Positions 1-9,348 of a stretch of 64,000 nt of DNA are shown here, one piece after another. Positions within the stretch are counted from its first letter, which is position 1. Every line of letters begins with the position of its first letter. The stretch is from Myxococcota bacterium. GTDB lineage: Bacteria; Myxococcota_A; UBA9160; UBA6930. The stretch covers positions 5,248,001 to 5,312,000 of the forward strand of contig OZ245002.1 of assembly GCA_965223415.1 (NCBI GenBank), written 5' to 3'. A model generated the notes under the pieces. It had not been told where the DNA came from and did no database searches. It worked only from the letters and a program-made list of their open reading frames with translations. Made by a program: the position numbers and the translations under genes.

Positions 1-30
1 CCATCGCCGCCCGCCTGCAAGGAGAGCGCG

Positions 31-1206
31 ATGGACCTGCACTTCACCGAGGACCAGCTCCGCTTCCAGCGCGACGTGCGCGAGTGGATCGCCGCCAACC
101 TGGAGCGCCCCTGGAGTGCCGAGCTGCGCGATCCGAAGCACGACCCGGATTCCCTGGTCGAGGTGCGCCGGGCCTGGCAGCGCAAGCTGCACGGCGCCGG
201 CTTCCTCGGCATGGGCTGGCCCGAGGAGTGGGGCGGCCGGGGCGCCACCGAGGTGGAGAGCGCCCTCTTCGAGGCCGAGCTGGCGCGAGCCGACGCGCCG
301 GCCATCCCGAACTCCCTCGGCATCGGGCTCCTGGGCCCGGCCCTCATCCACCACGGCAGCGAGGAGCAGCGCCGCCGCTTCATCCCACCCATGCTCAGTG
401 CCGACGAGATCTGGTGTCAGGGCTTCAGCGAGCCGGGCTCCGGAAGCGACCTGGCCTCGCTTCGCACCCGCGCCGAGCCGGACGGCGACGACTACCGCAT
501 CACCGGCCAGAAGGTCTGGACCACCTTCGGCCCCTGGGCGAACTGGATCTTCGTGCTCGCCCGCACCGACCTCGAGGACCGCTACGGCGGCATCTCCTTC
601 TTCCTCGTGCCGATCGAGCAGGAGGGCGTCGAGGTGCGCGGCATCCGCCAGATCACCGGGGAGAGCGAGTTCGGCGAGGTGTTCTTCGACGGCGCCCTGG
701 CGAGGCGCGAGCACCTGGTGGGCAAGCCCGGCGAGGGCTGGCGGATCGCCATGACCGTGCTCGGCTACGAGCGCGGGGCCACGACCCTGGCCAACCCGGC
801 CCAGAACGACGGCTACCTGCGCGACCTGATCGAGGGCCTCGCCGCCCGCGGCGACCTCCCGCGCGCCGACGTGCGCGAGACCCTGGGCCGGCTCGTGGTC
901 GAGAACGAAGTGCTGCGGGCCAACGGGCTGCGCACCCTCGCCAACCTGGCCTCCGGCGCCGCGCCGGGTCCGGAATCGTCGATCGACAAGATCTTCTGGT
1001 CCGAGTACGCGAAGCGGCAATCGGACGCGGCCCTCGACCTGCTCGGGCCCCAGGCCCAGCTGCTGGCCCGATCTCCAGGCGCCCGCCCGGCCGTGGACTG
1101 GGCCTACGCCCACCTCTGGGATCGGGCCGGGACGATCTACTCGGGCTCCTCGGAGATCCAGCGCAACATCATCGCCAAGCGCGTGCTGGCGATGCCGACG
1201 AAGTAG
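31..1206 (+). CDS. acyl-CoA dehydrogenase (catalytic, FadE-type subunit)
   Basis: WCQGFSEPGSGSDLASL, GQKVWTT, LGYERG and TIYSGSSEIQRNIIA motifs; AAGGAGAG RBS. Confidence 0.93.
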   Translation: MDLHFTEDQLRFQRDVREWIAANLERPWSAELRDPKHDPDSLVEVRRAWQRKLHGAGFLGMGWPEEWGGRGATEVESALFEAELARADAPAIPNSLGIGLLGPALIHHGSEEQRRRFIPPMLSADEIWCQGFSEPGSGSDLASLRTRAEPDGDDYRITGQKVWTTFGPWANWIFVLARTDLEDRYGGISFFLVPIEQEGVEVRGIRQITGESEFGEVFFDGALARREHLVGKPGEGWRIAMTVLGYERGATTLANPAQNDGYLRDLIEGLAARGDLPRADVRETLGRLVVENEVLRANGLRTLANLASGAAPGPESSIDKIFWSEYAKRQSDAALDLLGPQAQLLARSPGARPAVDWAYAHLWDRAGTIYSGSSEIQRNIIAKRVLAMPTK

Positions 1207-1220
1207 AGGGGGGAGATCCG

Positions 1221-2300
1221 ATGCAGTTCGAGCTCGACGACGATCGCGCCCTCCTGCGCAGCTCCACCCGGGAGCTGCTCGAGGCGGAGGCCGATCTCGC
1301 GGAGAGCCGCGGTCTGATGGAGGACTCGGCGGAGGGCTACTCGAAGGCCTTCCACGCCCAGCTGGCCGAGCTGGGCTACCTGGGCCTCCTGCTCACGGAG
1401 GAGGAAGGCGGCGCCGGCATGGGCGCCGTCGGTCTGGCTGCGGTCCTGGCCGAGATGGGTCGGGTGGCCCTTCCCGGCCCCTTCCTCGAGGCGGTCCAGG
1501 CCGTGGAGCTGCTGCGCCGCTGCGAAGACGACGTCGCGCGCAGCTGGTGCCAGCGCATCGTGGCCGGTGAGGGGCTCGTGGTCTTGGCGGAGCGCGAGGC
1601 CACGGAGGGCGCCGCTCATGGGGCGCCCGAGACGACCTTCGGCGACGGCCGCGTCCGCGGGAGCAAGACCTTCGTCCCGTTCGGCGCCCAGGCGGACGCC
1701 CTGCTGGTGACCACCAGGGACGGCGTCGTGCTGGTGGAACGACCCGACGCGGGCTTCGAGGCCACCGCCCTCCCCACCCTCGACCACGCCCAACGCTTCG
1801 CAGCCATCGCCCTCGACGGGCCCGGGCTGCGGCTGGCCGGCGACACCGCCTCGGCGCTCGACGCGGCCCGGCAGGTCGGCACCCTCGGCGCGGCCGCGCA
1901 GCTCTTCGGTCTGATGGAGCGGGCCCTCGAGCTGACCCTCGCCTACACGGCGGAGCGCGAAGCTTTCGGTGCGCCGATCGCGAGCTTCCAAGCCCTGCAG
2001 CACCGGGCCGCGGACATGCTGCTGAAGACGGAGAGCTCCCGCGCGGCGGTGTTCCGCGCGGCCTGGGCCGTGGACGCGGGGCTCCCGGAGGCGGCGTACC
2101 TGGTGGCGGTGGCGAAGGCCTGGGCAGGCGACGCTGCCAGGCTCGTGTGCGGCGAAGCCATCCAGATGCACGGCGGGGTGGGTTTCACCTGGGAGTACGA
2201 TCCCCACGTGTTCTACAAGCGCGTCAAGACCCTCGAGGCCTTCCACGGCTCCACCCGGGAGCAGGTGGAGCGGGCCCTCGAGCTGGCACCCCAGGCCTAG
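1221..2300 (+). CDS. acyl-CoA dehydrogenase family protein (short partner subunit)
   Basis: C-terminal part of ORF 84..2300 from MQFELDDDR; REAFGAPIASFQALQHRAAD and IQMHGGVGFTWEYD motifs. Confidence 0.9.
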   Translation: MQFELDDDRALLRSSTRELLEAEADLAESRGLMEDSAEGYSKAFHAQLAELGYLGLLLTEEEGGAGMGAVGLAAVLAEMGRVALPGPFLEAVQAVELLRRCEDDVARSWCQRIVAGEGLVVLAEREATEGAAHGAPETTFGDGRVRGSKTFVPFGAQADALLVTTRDGVVLVERPDAGFEATALPTLDHAQRFAAIALDGPGLRLAGDTASALDAARQVGTLGAAAQLFGLMERALELTLAYTAEREAFGAPIASFQALQHRAADMLLKTESSRAAVFRAAWAVDAGLPEAAYLVAVAKAWAGDAARLVCGEAIQMHGGVGFTWEYDPHVFYKRVKTLEAFHGSTREQVERALELAPQA

Positions 2301-2686
2301 TGCAGGATCGGCCCACGGCCGCCGAGCTGCTCGAAGCGATCGCCGACCTGCTGGAGCAGCAGGTGCTCCCGGCGACCGACGGGCCCCTGCGCCATCAGGT
2401 GCGCGTCGCCGGCAACCTGTGTCGCATCCTCGAGCGCGAGGCGCGGCTGGGCGGCCCCCAGGAAGAACGCGAGATCGCCCTCCTGCGCGAGGTGATCGCC
2501 GAACCGACCGGCGCCGACGATGCGGCGAGCCTGACCGAGCAGCTCGCCCGCGCGCTGGCGGAGGACGAGGACCCGGAGCTCGAGGCGCGCGCGTGGCCCG
2601 CCCTGCTCGAGATCGTTCGCGGCAAGCTCGCGGTCGCGAAGCCGGCCCACGACGCGTGGACCTTCGAGGGGGAGATCCCGGAGTGA
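2300..2686 (+). CDS. DUF6285/LvaB-like small protein
   Basis: GTG start overlaps the preceding TAG; QDRPTAAELLEAI...HQVRVAGNL...KLAVAKP pattern; adjacent to an APH kinase. Confidence 0.75.
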   Translation: MQDRPTAAELLEAIADLLEQQVLPATDGPLRHQVRVAGNLCRILEREARLGGPQEEREIALLREVIAEPTGADDAASLTEQLARALAEDEDPELEARAWPALLEIVRGKLAVAKPAHDAWTFEGEIPE

Positions 2687-3693
2687 GCCCGGAGGACCTG
2701 GCCGCCGGACTCGCCCGGGCGCTCGGCGAGCGCTGGCAGACCCCGGTCGACGTGAAGCTGGTCGGCGTCGCCTCCGCCGGCGCGCGGCGGCGCAACGTGC
2801 TCTTCGATGCGAGCCGGGCCGGCGAGACCCTGCCGCTCGTGGCGACGATCATCCCGAGCCGCGCCATGCAGGTGATGGACATCGCGGTGGAGGCGGCGAG
2901 CCTGCGCCTCGCCTTCGAGGCGGGCATGCCGGTGCCCGAGCTCCACGGCGTGTGGGAGGACGATGCCCACGTCGGCGGGCCCTTCTTCGTGACCACGCGC
3001 ATCGAGGGCGAGACGATCCCGCGCCGCATCCTGCGCCTGGTCGAGGCGGACCCGACCCTGGGCCCGCAGCTGGCCCGCCAATGCGGCAAGGCCCTGGCCC
3101 GGCTCCACGGAGCGGACCCGGCCGCCGCCCACCCCGATCTCGCGCGGCCCGCCGCCGGCAGCGACCCCATCGCCCAGGCCCTCCTCGGGTTGGAAGCCCT
3201 CGTCCGCGAGCTCCTCCAGCCGTCGCCGAGCTTCTCCCTGGGCCTGCGTTGGCTCGAGCGCCACGCGCCGCCGCCCCCTGCCGCGCCGACCCTCGTCCAC
3301 GGCGATTTCCGCAACGGCAACCTGATCGTCGCGCCCGATGGCCTGCGGGCAGCCCTCGACTGGGAGTTGACCCATCTCGGCGACCCGATGCGCGATCCCG
3401 CCTGGCTCTGCCAGCGCATGTGGCGCTTCCGGAACGACGCCCTCGAGGTCGGGGGCTTCGGCGACCGCGCGTCGCTTCGGGAAGGCTACGAGGCGGCGGG
3501 TGGCACCTGGCGGGACGACGCCTTCCACTGGTGGAAGGTCCACGGCACCCTCAGCTGGGGCCTGGGTCTAGCGAGCCAGGCGAAGGCGCACCTGGACGGC
3601 AGCGTGCCCTCCATCATCATGGCCGCCAGCGGCCGCCGGGTGGCAGAGCTCGAGTACGACCTGCTGATGCTGATCCAGCGAGACTACCGTTAG
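2683..3693 (+). CDS. APH/choline-kinase-like phosphotransferase (LvaA/ACAD10-kinase-like)
   Basis: LVHGDFRNGNL and LDWELTHLGDPMRD motifs; GTGA overlap with upstream gene. Confidence 0.9.
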   Translation: MSPEDLAAGLARALGERWQTPVDVKLVGVASAGARRRNVLFDASRAGETLPLVATIIPSRAMQVMDIAVEAASLRLAFEAGMPVPELHGVWEDDAHVGGPFFVTTRIEGETIPRRILRLVEADPTLGPQLARQCGKALARLHGADPAAAHPDLARPAAGSDPIAQALLGLEALVRELLQPSPSFSLGLRWLERHAPPPPAAPTLVHGDFRNGNLIVAPDGLRAALDWELTHLGDPMRDPAWLCQRMWRFRNDALEVGGFGDRASLREGYEAAGGTWRDDAFHWWKVHGTLSWGLGLASQAKAHLDGSVPSIIMAASGRRVAELEYDLLMLIQRDYR

Positions 3694-4559
3694 GCGGGCG
3701 CGGTCCGCCGGGGCTGCGTCCCCCGCGCCTGCGCCAGCACCCGGCGCGCGGCCTCGGCGCAGCGCTGCGCCGCCTCGCCCGGGGGAAGCGCGTGGAGCTC
3801 CTTCGAGAACACCTCCACGCCGATCGGCGCGTCGGCACCGATCCGGTCGAGGCTGCGGATCACGTTGGCGATCGGGATGTCGCCCTCGCCGGGGAGCCGC
3901 CGCGCCTCCATCGTCTCCACCAGCAGATCGTCCGCCGCGGCGCTCGGGGCGTCGTTGAGCTGCACGCCGCCCACCCGTGCGCCGGGCAGCGCCTCGAGTT
4001 GGGCGAGGTCGGAGGGCCCGCGGAACCAGTGCCAGGTATCGACCATCACCGTCCCGTTGGCACGCCCGGCCCGCCGCACGAGCTCCTGGGCCGCGGCCAC
4101 GTCGGGGATGCCCGACCAGGGGAGGAACTCGATCGTCACCAGCAGGCCGTGCTCCTTCGCCCGATCGCACACACCCGCGAAGGCCTCCGCCCCGGCATCC
4201 AGATCCAGGCTCGCGCCCAGGCCCTGGGCCAGGTTCAGCGAGCGCGCACCCAGCGCCTCGGCGATCTCGTAGAAGTCCGCCTCGACCGCGTCGGCGTACG
4301 GACCGGGGTCGACGCCCGCGGTGGCTTCCGGCGGGAGCCAGGTGAGGAGCGGATCCAGGTCGGCGACGACCAGGCCGTGATCGTCCAGCCGCGCCCGGAT
4401 CTCCGCGGCGTCGTGTCCCGCAGCCCGGGCGCCCCGCCAGTCCTGGGGCCAGACCGTGATGGCCTGGAAGCCGGCGGCCGCGGCGGCCTCGATCATTTCG
4501 ACCAGACCGGTCTGCAGGAGGCTCCCGGAGCAGAGCACGAGGTCGTCGCGGGTGAGCAT
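3690..4559 (-). CDS. sugar phosphate isomerase/epimerase (xylose isomerase-like TIM barrel)
   Basis: IEFLPW, VDTWHW, VQLND, RRLPGEGDIP and GVEVFS motifs; start taken at MLTRDD. Confidence 0.85.
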   Translation of the reverse strand: MLTRDDLVLCSGSLLQTGLVEMIEAAAAAGFQAITVWPQDWRGARAAGHDAAEIRARLDDHGLVVADLDPLLTWLPPEATAGVDPGPYADAVEADFYEIAEALGARSLNLAQGLGASLDLDAGAEAFAGVCDRAKEHGLLVTIEFLPWSGIPDVAAAQELVRRAGRANGTVMVDTWHWFRGPSDLAQLEALPGARVGGVQLNDAPSAAADDLLVETMEARRLPGEGDIPIANVIRSLDRIGADAPIGVEVFSKELHALPPGEAAQRCAEAARRVLAQARGTQPRRTAPA

Positions 4560-4587
4560 GGGCGGAGGGTATCCTCTGCCCATGCTC
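4554..4587. promoter_or_regulatory. palindromic bidirectional promoter for two leaderless divergent genes
   Basis: GAGCATGGGCGGAGG-GTAT-CCTCTGCCCATGCTC (14/15 arm match); TATCCT on + and TACCCT on - each lie 6 nt before an ATG. Confidence 0.65.
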
Positions 4588-5028
4588 GTCGGCATCCACC
4601 ACACCGCGCTCTCGACGCGGGACCTCGACCGCTTGGTCGCCTTCTACCGGGACCTGTTCGGGTTCGAGGTCGAGTTCGACTTCCCCTGGGACGAGGCCAA
4701 CGAGGCCTTCCGCACCACCCACGCCCAGCCGGAGACCCGCGGCCGCGTGGTGATGCTCCGGCACGGCGATCACCGCCTGGAGCTGTTCCAGTACGAGAAG
4801 CCGGCGCCCTGCCCCGACATCCCGAACCGCCAGAACGCGGACCTCGGCATCTGCCACTTCTCCTTCGAAGTGAAGGACATCGAGGAGGAGATGGCGCGGC
4901 TGCACGCCGCGGGCATGCCCTTCCAGAGCGGGCCGGTGGCCCAGGCGAACATCAAGAACGCCTACGGCCGGGATCCAGACGGCAACTTGATCGAGCTGAT
5001 CGAGTTCTTCGAGACCTCGGCCGGCTGA
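4582..5028 (+). CDS. VOC/glyoxalase family protein
   Basis: IHHTALSTRDLDR, LELFQY, HFSFEV and RDPDGNLIELIE motifs. Confidence 0.9.
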   Translation: MLVGIHHTALSTRDLDRLVAFYRDLFGFEVEFDFPWDEANEAFRTTHAQPETRGRVVMLRHGDHRLELFQYEKPAPCPDIPNRQNADLGICHFSFEVKDIEEEMARLHAAGMPFQSGPVAQANIKNAYGRDPDGNLIELIEFFETSAG

Positions 5029-5064
5029 CGTCACCCACCGGAGCTTCCGAAGCACCCACGGGCG

Positions 5065-5448
5065 ATGGAAACCCGAACGCTCCTGGTAGTGGACGACTCG
5101 CAGGCGGTGCGCGAGGCGCTCTGCCTGCTCCTCCGCTCCCGGGGGCTCCCGGTCCGCGCCGTCGGGACCCCGAGCGAGGGGCTGCGCGAGGCCCGCCGGC
5201 AGCGTCCGGCGGCGATCCTTGTGGGCCACAGCCCACTCGGAGGCGGCCCCCTCGGCTTCGGAGCCCGACTGCGAGCCGCACCCGAGCTCGGGGACGTGCC
5301 GGTCGTGGAGGTCGCCCGGGTCGACGAGATCGTCCGGGAGATCGCGGACGGCTGGGACCGCTGCGGCTCCGCGGCGCGGGATCTGGTCGCCCGGCTCCGT
5401 CCCTACACGGGCACCGGGCTGCTCGGCACGAGCCCTCTCGCCACGTAA
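5065..5448 (+). CDS. atypical single-domain response regulator (receiver-like)
   Basis: LLVVDDSQAVREAL N-terminus; the phospho-acceptor position reads PAAILVG. Confidence 0.6.
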   Translation: METRTLLVVDDSQAVREALCLLLRSRGLPVRAVGTPSEGLREARRQRPAAILVGHSPLGGGPLGFGARLRAAPELGDVPVVEVARVDEIVREIADGWDRCGSAARDLVARLRPYTGTGLLGTSPLAT

Positions 5449-5490
5449 CCTCCCGGGACACCCGGCATCGGATGGGCCAGGAGGAACACG

Positions 5491-5937
5491 ATGTCCGTTC
5501 GTCTCGCCCTGTCCGCCATCCTTCTGCTCGCGGCCTCTCCCGCGCTGGCGGTGGATCCCGTCTACACCGGCCGCTTCAGCTCGCTCGCGGTGAGCGGCTA
5601 CGACCCGGTCGCGTACTTCACCGAGGGCCGCCCGGTCGAGGGCACAAGCGATCACACCCTCGAATGGAACGGCGCCACCTGGCGGTTCGCCAGCGACACG
5701 AACCGCGCGGCCTTCCAGGCCGACCCGGCCGCCTACGCCCCCCAGTACGGCGGCTACTGCGCCTGGGCGGTCAGCCAGGGCAAGACCGCCTCGGCGGACC
5801 CGGAGCGCTGGAAGATCGTCGACGGCAAGCTCTACCTGAACTACAACGCGGCAATCCAAGAGCGCTGGGAGAAGGACGTCCCGGGGCACATCACGCGCGC
5901 CGACGCGAACTGGCCGGGAATCCTCGCGGGCGAATAG
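5491..5937 (+). CDS. secreted YHS-domain protein
   Basis: signal peptide, GYDPVAYF, PQYGGYCAWAV, WKIVDGKLYLNY; AGGAGG RBS. Confidence 0.9.
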   Translation: MSVRLALSAILLLAASPALAVDPVYTGRFSSLAVSGYDPVAYFTEGRPVEGTSDHTLEWNGATWRFASDTNRAAFQADPAAYAPQYGGYCAWAVSQGKTASADPERWKIVDGKLYLNYNAAIQERWEKDVPGHITRADANWPGILAGE

Positions 5938-5962
5938 GAAGACGTGGTACATGTGGCGGGGC

Positions 5963-6874
5963 ATGAGCCCCGCCGCCCCCGTGATCCTCGAAGCCGCCCT
6001 CAACGGCATGACCTCGAAGGAGAAGAACCCCCACGCTCCGCGCGAGCCCGGGGAGATCGCCCTGGACACGTTTCGCTGCCTCGACGCCGGCGCGGCCATC
6101 ATCCACGCCCACAACCGGGACATCGCGCTGACCGGCGAAGCCGCGGCGGCCGACTACCTCGAGGCCTGGCGACCGATCCTGACCGAGCGACCCGACACGC
6201 TCTGGTATCCCACCCTCGGCATCGCCCCGGACATGACCGGCATGATGGCGCACCTGGCCGTCCTCCAGGCGGAGGTGCCGCTGCGCATCGGCGCCTTCGA
6301 TCCCGGCTCGACCAACATCGGTGCTCCCGGCGCGGACGGGCTTCCGGAGGGCGGCGTCTACGGCGTCTCTTACGACGCGGTCCGCACCGGCTTCGAGACC
6401 TGCCGCACCCTCGGCCTCGGCCCGAGCCTCGGCATCTACGAGGCCGGCTCCCTGCGCACGACCCTGGCCTGGCACCGGGCCGGAAGGCTCCCCCGCGGCA
6501 CGATGGTGAAGCTCTACTTCGGTGGCGAGTACGGCCTGATGGGCACGCAGCCGGGGGCCACCTTCGGCCTGCCGCCCACCGAGCACGCGCTCCTAGCCTA
6601 CCTGGACCTCCTGGAGGGCACCGGGCTCCCCTGGTCCGTCTCGGTCTGGGGCGGCGACCTGATGCAGACCCCCATCGCCCGTCTGGCCCTGGAGCGCGGC
6701 GGCCACCTGCACGTCGGCGTGGAGGAGTTCTACTCGCCGGATCGCTCGCCTTCGAACCTCGAGCTGGTGCGGGAGGCCGCGGAGCTCGCGGGCAAGGTGG
6801 GCCGGCCCCTCGCCAGCTGCAGCGAGACGGCGGAGCTGCTCGACCTCCCCCCCGCTCGCCAGGAGGCCCCGTGA
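5963..6874 (+). CDS. BKACE (3-keto-5-aminohexanoate cleavage enzyme-like, DUF849)
   Basis: EAALNG, DAGAAIIHAHNR (HxH) and GGHLHVGVEE...SNLELV motifs. Confidence 0.88.
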   Translation: MSPAAPVILEAALNGMTSKEKNPHAPREPGEIALDTFRCLDAGAAIIHAHNRDIALTGEAAAADYLEAWRPILTERPDTLWYPTLGIAPDMTGMMAHLAVLQAEVPLRIGAFDPGSTNIGAPGADGLPEGGVYGVSYDAVRTGFETCRTLGLGPSLGIYEAGSLRTTLAWHRAGRLPRGTMVKLYFGGEYGLMGTQPGATFGLPPTEHALLAYLDLLEGTGLPWSVSVWGGDLMQTPIARLALERGGHLHVGVEEFYSPDRSPSNLELVREAAELAGKVGRPLASCSETAELLDLPPARQEAP

Positions 6875-8115
6875 CCGACGCCCCGGGCGCGCTCGCCCGC
6901 TACCGCATCTGCGACTTCACCGGCCAGCTCGCCGGCGCCGGCGCCACCAAGTGGCTGGCGGCCTTCGGCGCCGAGGTCATCCGCATCGAGGATCCGGTGC
7001 GCCAGGGCAGCTGGGACATCCTGCGCGCCATGCCGCCCTACGTCGACGAGCGCCGCGGCATGGACTTCGGCGGCGGCTTCAACAACCACAACGTGGGCAA
7101 GCGCGGCATCACCCTGAACCTGCGCACGGACAAGGGCAAGGAGCTCCTGGCCGAGATCGTCAAGCGCTCGGACGTGGTCTCCGAGAACTTCGCCGCCGGG
7201 GTGATGGAGCGCTTCGGCTTCGGCTACGAGCGGCTGAAGGAGCTGAAGCCGGACATCGTCTACGTGTCCAACTGCGGCTTCGGCCACACGGGCCCCTACG
7301 CCGCCTACAAGACCTGGGGCCCCATCGTGCAGGCCATGTCGGGCCTCACCTTCACTTCCGGCCTGCCCGACCAGCCGCCGGCCGGCTGGGGCTACTCCTA
7401 CATGGACCACACCGGCGGCTACTACATGGCGCTCGCGATCCTGCTGGCGCTGGTGCACCTGGAGCGCACCGGCGAGGGGCAGTGGGTGGACCTGTCCTGC
7501 ACCGAGGCGGGCCTCACCCTGAACGGGCCGGCGCTCCTCGACTACAGCGTGAACGGGCGCGGCTTGCGACGCGAGGGGCAGCCCCACAGCAACCGCAACG
7601 AGTGGCCGCCGATGGCGCCCCACGGCGTCTATCCATCTCGGGGCGAGGACGAGTGGGTGGCGATCGCCTGCCGGAACGAGGACGACTGGAGCGCCCTCGG
7701 CGCGGTGGTCGGCGAGAGCTGGACCGGCGAGGCGCGTTTCCGCAGCCTCGCCGCGCGTCTCGAGCACCAGGACGCCCTCGACGAGGCGATCGCCGGCTGG
7801 ACCCGCGAGCGCGACAAGGTCGACGCGGCCGAAGCCCTGCAGGCCGCCGGCGTTCCCGCCGCCGCGGTCGCCCGCCCGGCGGAGCGCATCGACCACGATC
7901 CGAACACGGCGGCCTGGGGCCTGTGGCCGACGGTGCACCACACGAAGATGGGCAACGTCCGCGTGGACGGGCTGCCAGTTCACTTCTCGCGGACGAACTG
8001 GAAGATCGAACGCGGCGGGCCGTGCGTGGGAGAGCACACCGACGAGGTGCTGCGCGAGCTCCTCGAGCTGTCCGACGACGAGCTGGCCCGGCTCCACGAG
8101 GAGGGCGTGGTGTGA
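6871..8115 (+). CDS. class III CoA-transferase (CaiB/BaiF), catalytic-Asp-containing subunit
   Basis: FGAEVIRIE, NVGKRGITLNL, SDVVSENF, SYMDHTGG, GEGQWVDLS. Confidence 0.92.
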   Translation: MTDAPGALARYRICDFTGQLAGAGATKWLAAFGAEVIRIEDPVRQGSWDILRAMPPYVDERRGMDFGGGFNNHNVGKRGITLNLRTDKGKELLAEIVKRSDVVSENFAAGVMERFGFGYERLKELKPDIVYVSNCGFGHTGPYAAYKTWGPIVQAMSGLTFTSGLPDQPPAGWGYSYMDHTGGYYMALAILLALVHLERTGEGQWVDLSCTEAGLTLNGPALLDYSVNGRGLRREGQPHSNRNEWPPMAPHGVYPSRGEDEWVAIACRNEDDWSALGAVVGESWTGEARFRSLAARLEHQDALDEAIAGWTRERDKVDAAEALQAAGVPAAAVARPAERIDHDPNTAAWGLWPTVHHTKMGNVRVDGLPVHFSRTNWKIERGGPCVGEHTDEVLRELLELSDDELARLHEEGVV

Positions 8116-9344
8116 GCGTGCTCCAGGGTGTTCGGGTGGTCGAGCTGGCGAGCGAGCGCAGCGGCCTGGCCGGCAAGCTGCTGGCCGACATGGGGGCGGA
8201 CGTGGTGCTGGTAGAGCCGCCGGAGGGCGACCCCTCCCGCGGCCATCCGCCGTTCGTCGGCGATCGGCCGGATCCCGAGCAGAGCCTCTTCTTCTGGAGC
8301 CTCCACACCAGCAAGCGCGGCGTCACCCTCGACCTGGAGGATGCGGAGGGGCGTGCGCGCCTCGTCCGGCTCGTCGACGCCGCCGAGCTGGTGATCGAGA
8401 GCGAGCCGCCGGGACGCCTCGCCAGTTTGGGACTCGACGGCGCCCGCGCCTGCGAGCAGCGGCCCGAGCTGATTTGGGCCTCGATCACGCCCTTCGGCGG
8501 CCAGGGGCCGCGGCGCGACGAGCAGAGCACCGATCTCACCGTCCTGGCAGCGGGCGGACCCGTCTGGAGCTGTGGCTATGACGATCACCGCCTTCCGCCG
8601 ATCCGCGGGGGCGGGAACCAGGGCTACAACATCGCGTGTCACTACGCCGTGCTCTCCCTGCTCACGGCCTACCTGCACCGCCTCGCCACCGGCGAGGGGC
8701 AGTCCCTGGACGTGAACATGCACGCCGCCGCCAACGTGACGACGGAGATGGCGTCCTACCACTGGCTCATCCAGCAGGGGACGGTGCAGCGGCAGACCGG
8801 GCGCCACGCCATGGAGGTGCCCACCCTCGACACCCAGATCCGCTGCGCCGACGGCCGCTATGTCACGACCGGCGTGCCACCGCGCACCCCGAAGGAGTTC
8901 CGGCACCTGCACGAGTGGGTCGTGGAGCTCGGGATCCAGGACGACTTCCCGGAGGCGGTCTTCCTCGAGATGGGCGCCAAGCGGGACGGGATCGACCTCT
9001 CGCTGATCGGCCAGGACGACGAGATCACGGCCATCTTCGGCGCCGGCCGCGAGGCCATGAACGCCATCGCCTCGCGGGTCTCGGCCTACGAGTTCTTCCG
9101 CGGCGCCCAGGAGCGGGGCATGGCCGTGGGCGTGGTCTACGCGCCGGAGGAAGCCTTCGACGACGAGCACTTCCGGGCCCGCGGCTTCGCTGTGGAGCTG
9201 GAGCATCCGCGGCTCGGCCGCCGCGTGACCTATCCCGGGGCACCCTACCGCTTCGAGAAGTCGCCCTGGACACTCCGACGACCGGCGCCGGCCCTGGGCG
9301 AGCACAACGAGGAGGTATTCGCCGAGCTCGAGGCGCCGGCGTAG
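8112..9344 (+). CDS. class III CoA-transferase, second subunit
   Basis: GKLLADMGADVVLVEPPEGD, SKRGVTLDL, GEGQSLDV, APALGEHNEE. Confidence 0.9.
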   Translation: MSVLQGVRVVELASERSGLAGKLLADMGADVVLVEPPEGDPSRGHPPFVGDRPDPEQSLFFWSLHTSKRGVTLDLEDAEGRARLVRLVDAAELVIESEPPGRLASLGLDGARACEQRPELIWASITPFGGQGPRRDEQSTDLTVLAAGGPVWSCGYDDHRLPPIRGGGNQGYNIACHYAVLSLLTAYLHRLATGEGQSLDVNMHAAANVTTEMASYHWLIQQGTVQRQTGRHAMEVPTLDTQIRCADGRYVTTGVPPRTPKEFRHLHEWVVELGIQDDFPEAVFLEMGAKRDGIDLSLIGQDDEITAIFGAGREAMNAIASRVSAYEFFRGAQERGMAVGVVYAPEEAFDDEHFRARGFAVELEHPRLGRRVTYPGAPYRFEKSPWTLRRPAPALGEHNEEVFAELEAPA

Positions 9345-9348
9345 GGGA

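Noticed and set aside
84..1220. 738-aa ORF as one long acyl-CoA dehydrogenase fusion
   Set aside because: The N-terminal part is an off-frame shadow of the first ACAD; the real gene starts at ATG 1221 after its own RBS.
5445..5475. GTAACC...CGGA as an ECF sigma promoter before the YHS gene
   Set aside because: The spacing and -10 match are not convincing, and there is no ECF gene in the window.
5491..5937. YHS protein as a selenoprotein
   Set aside because: The relevant position is TGC (Cys) and there is no in-frame TGA.
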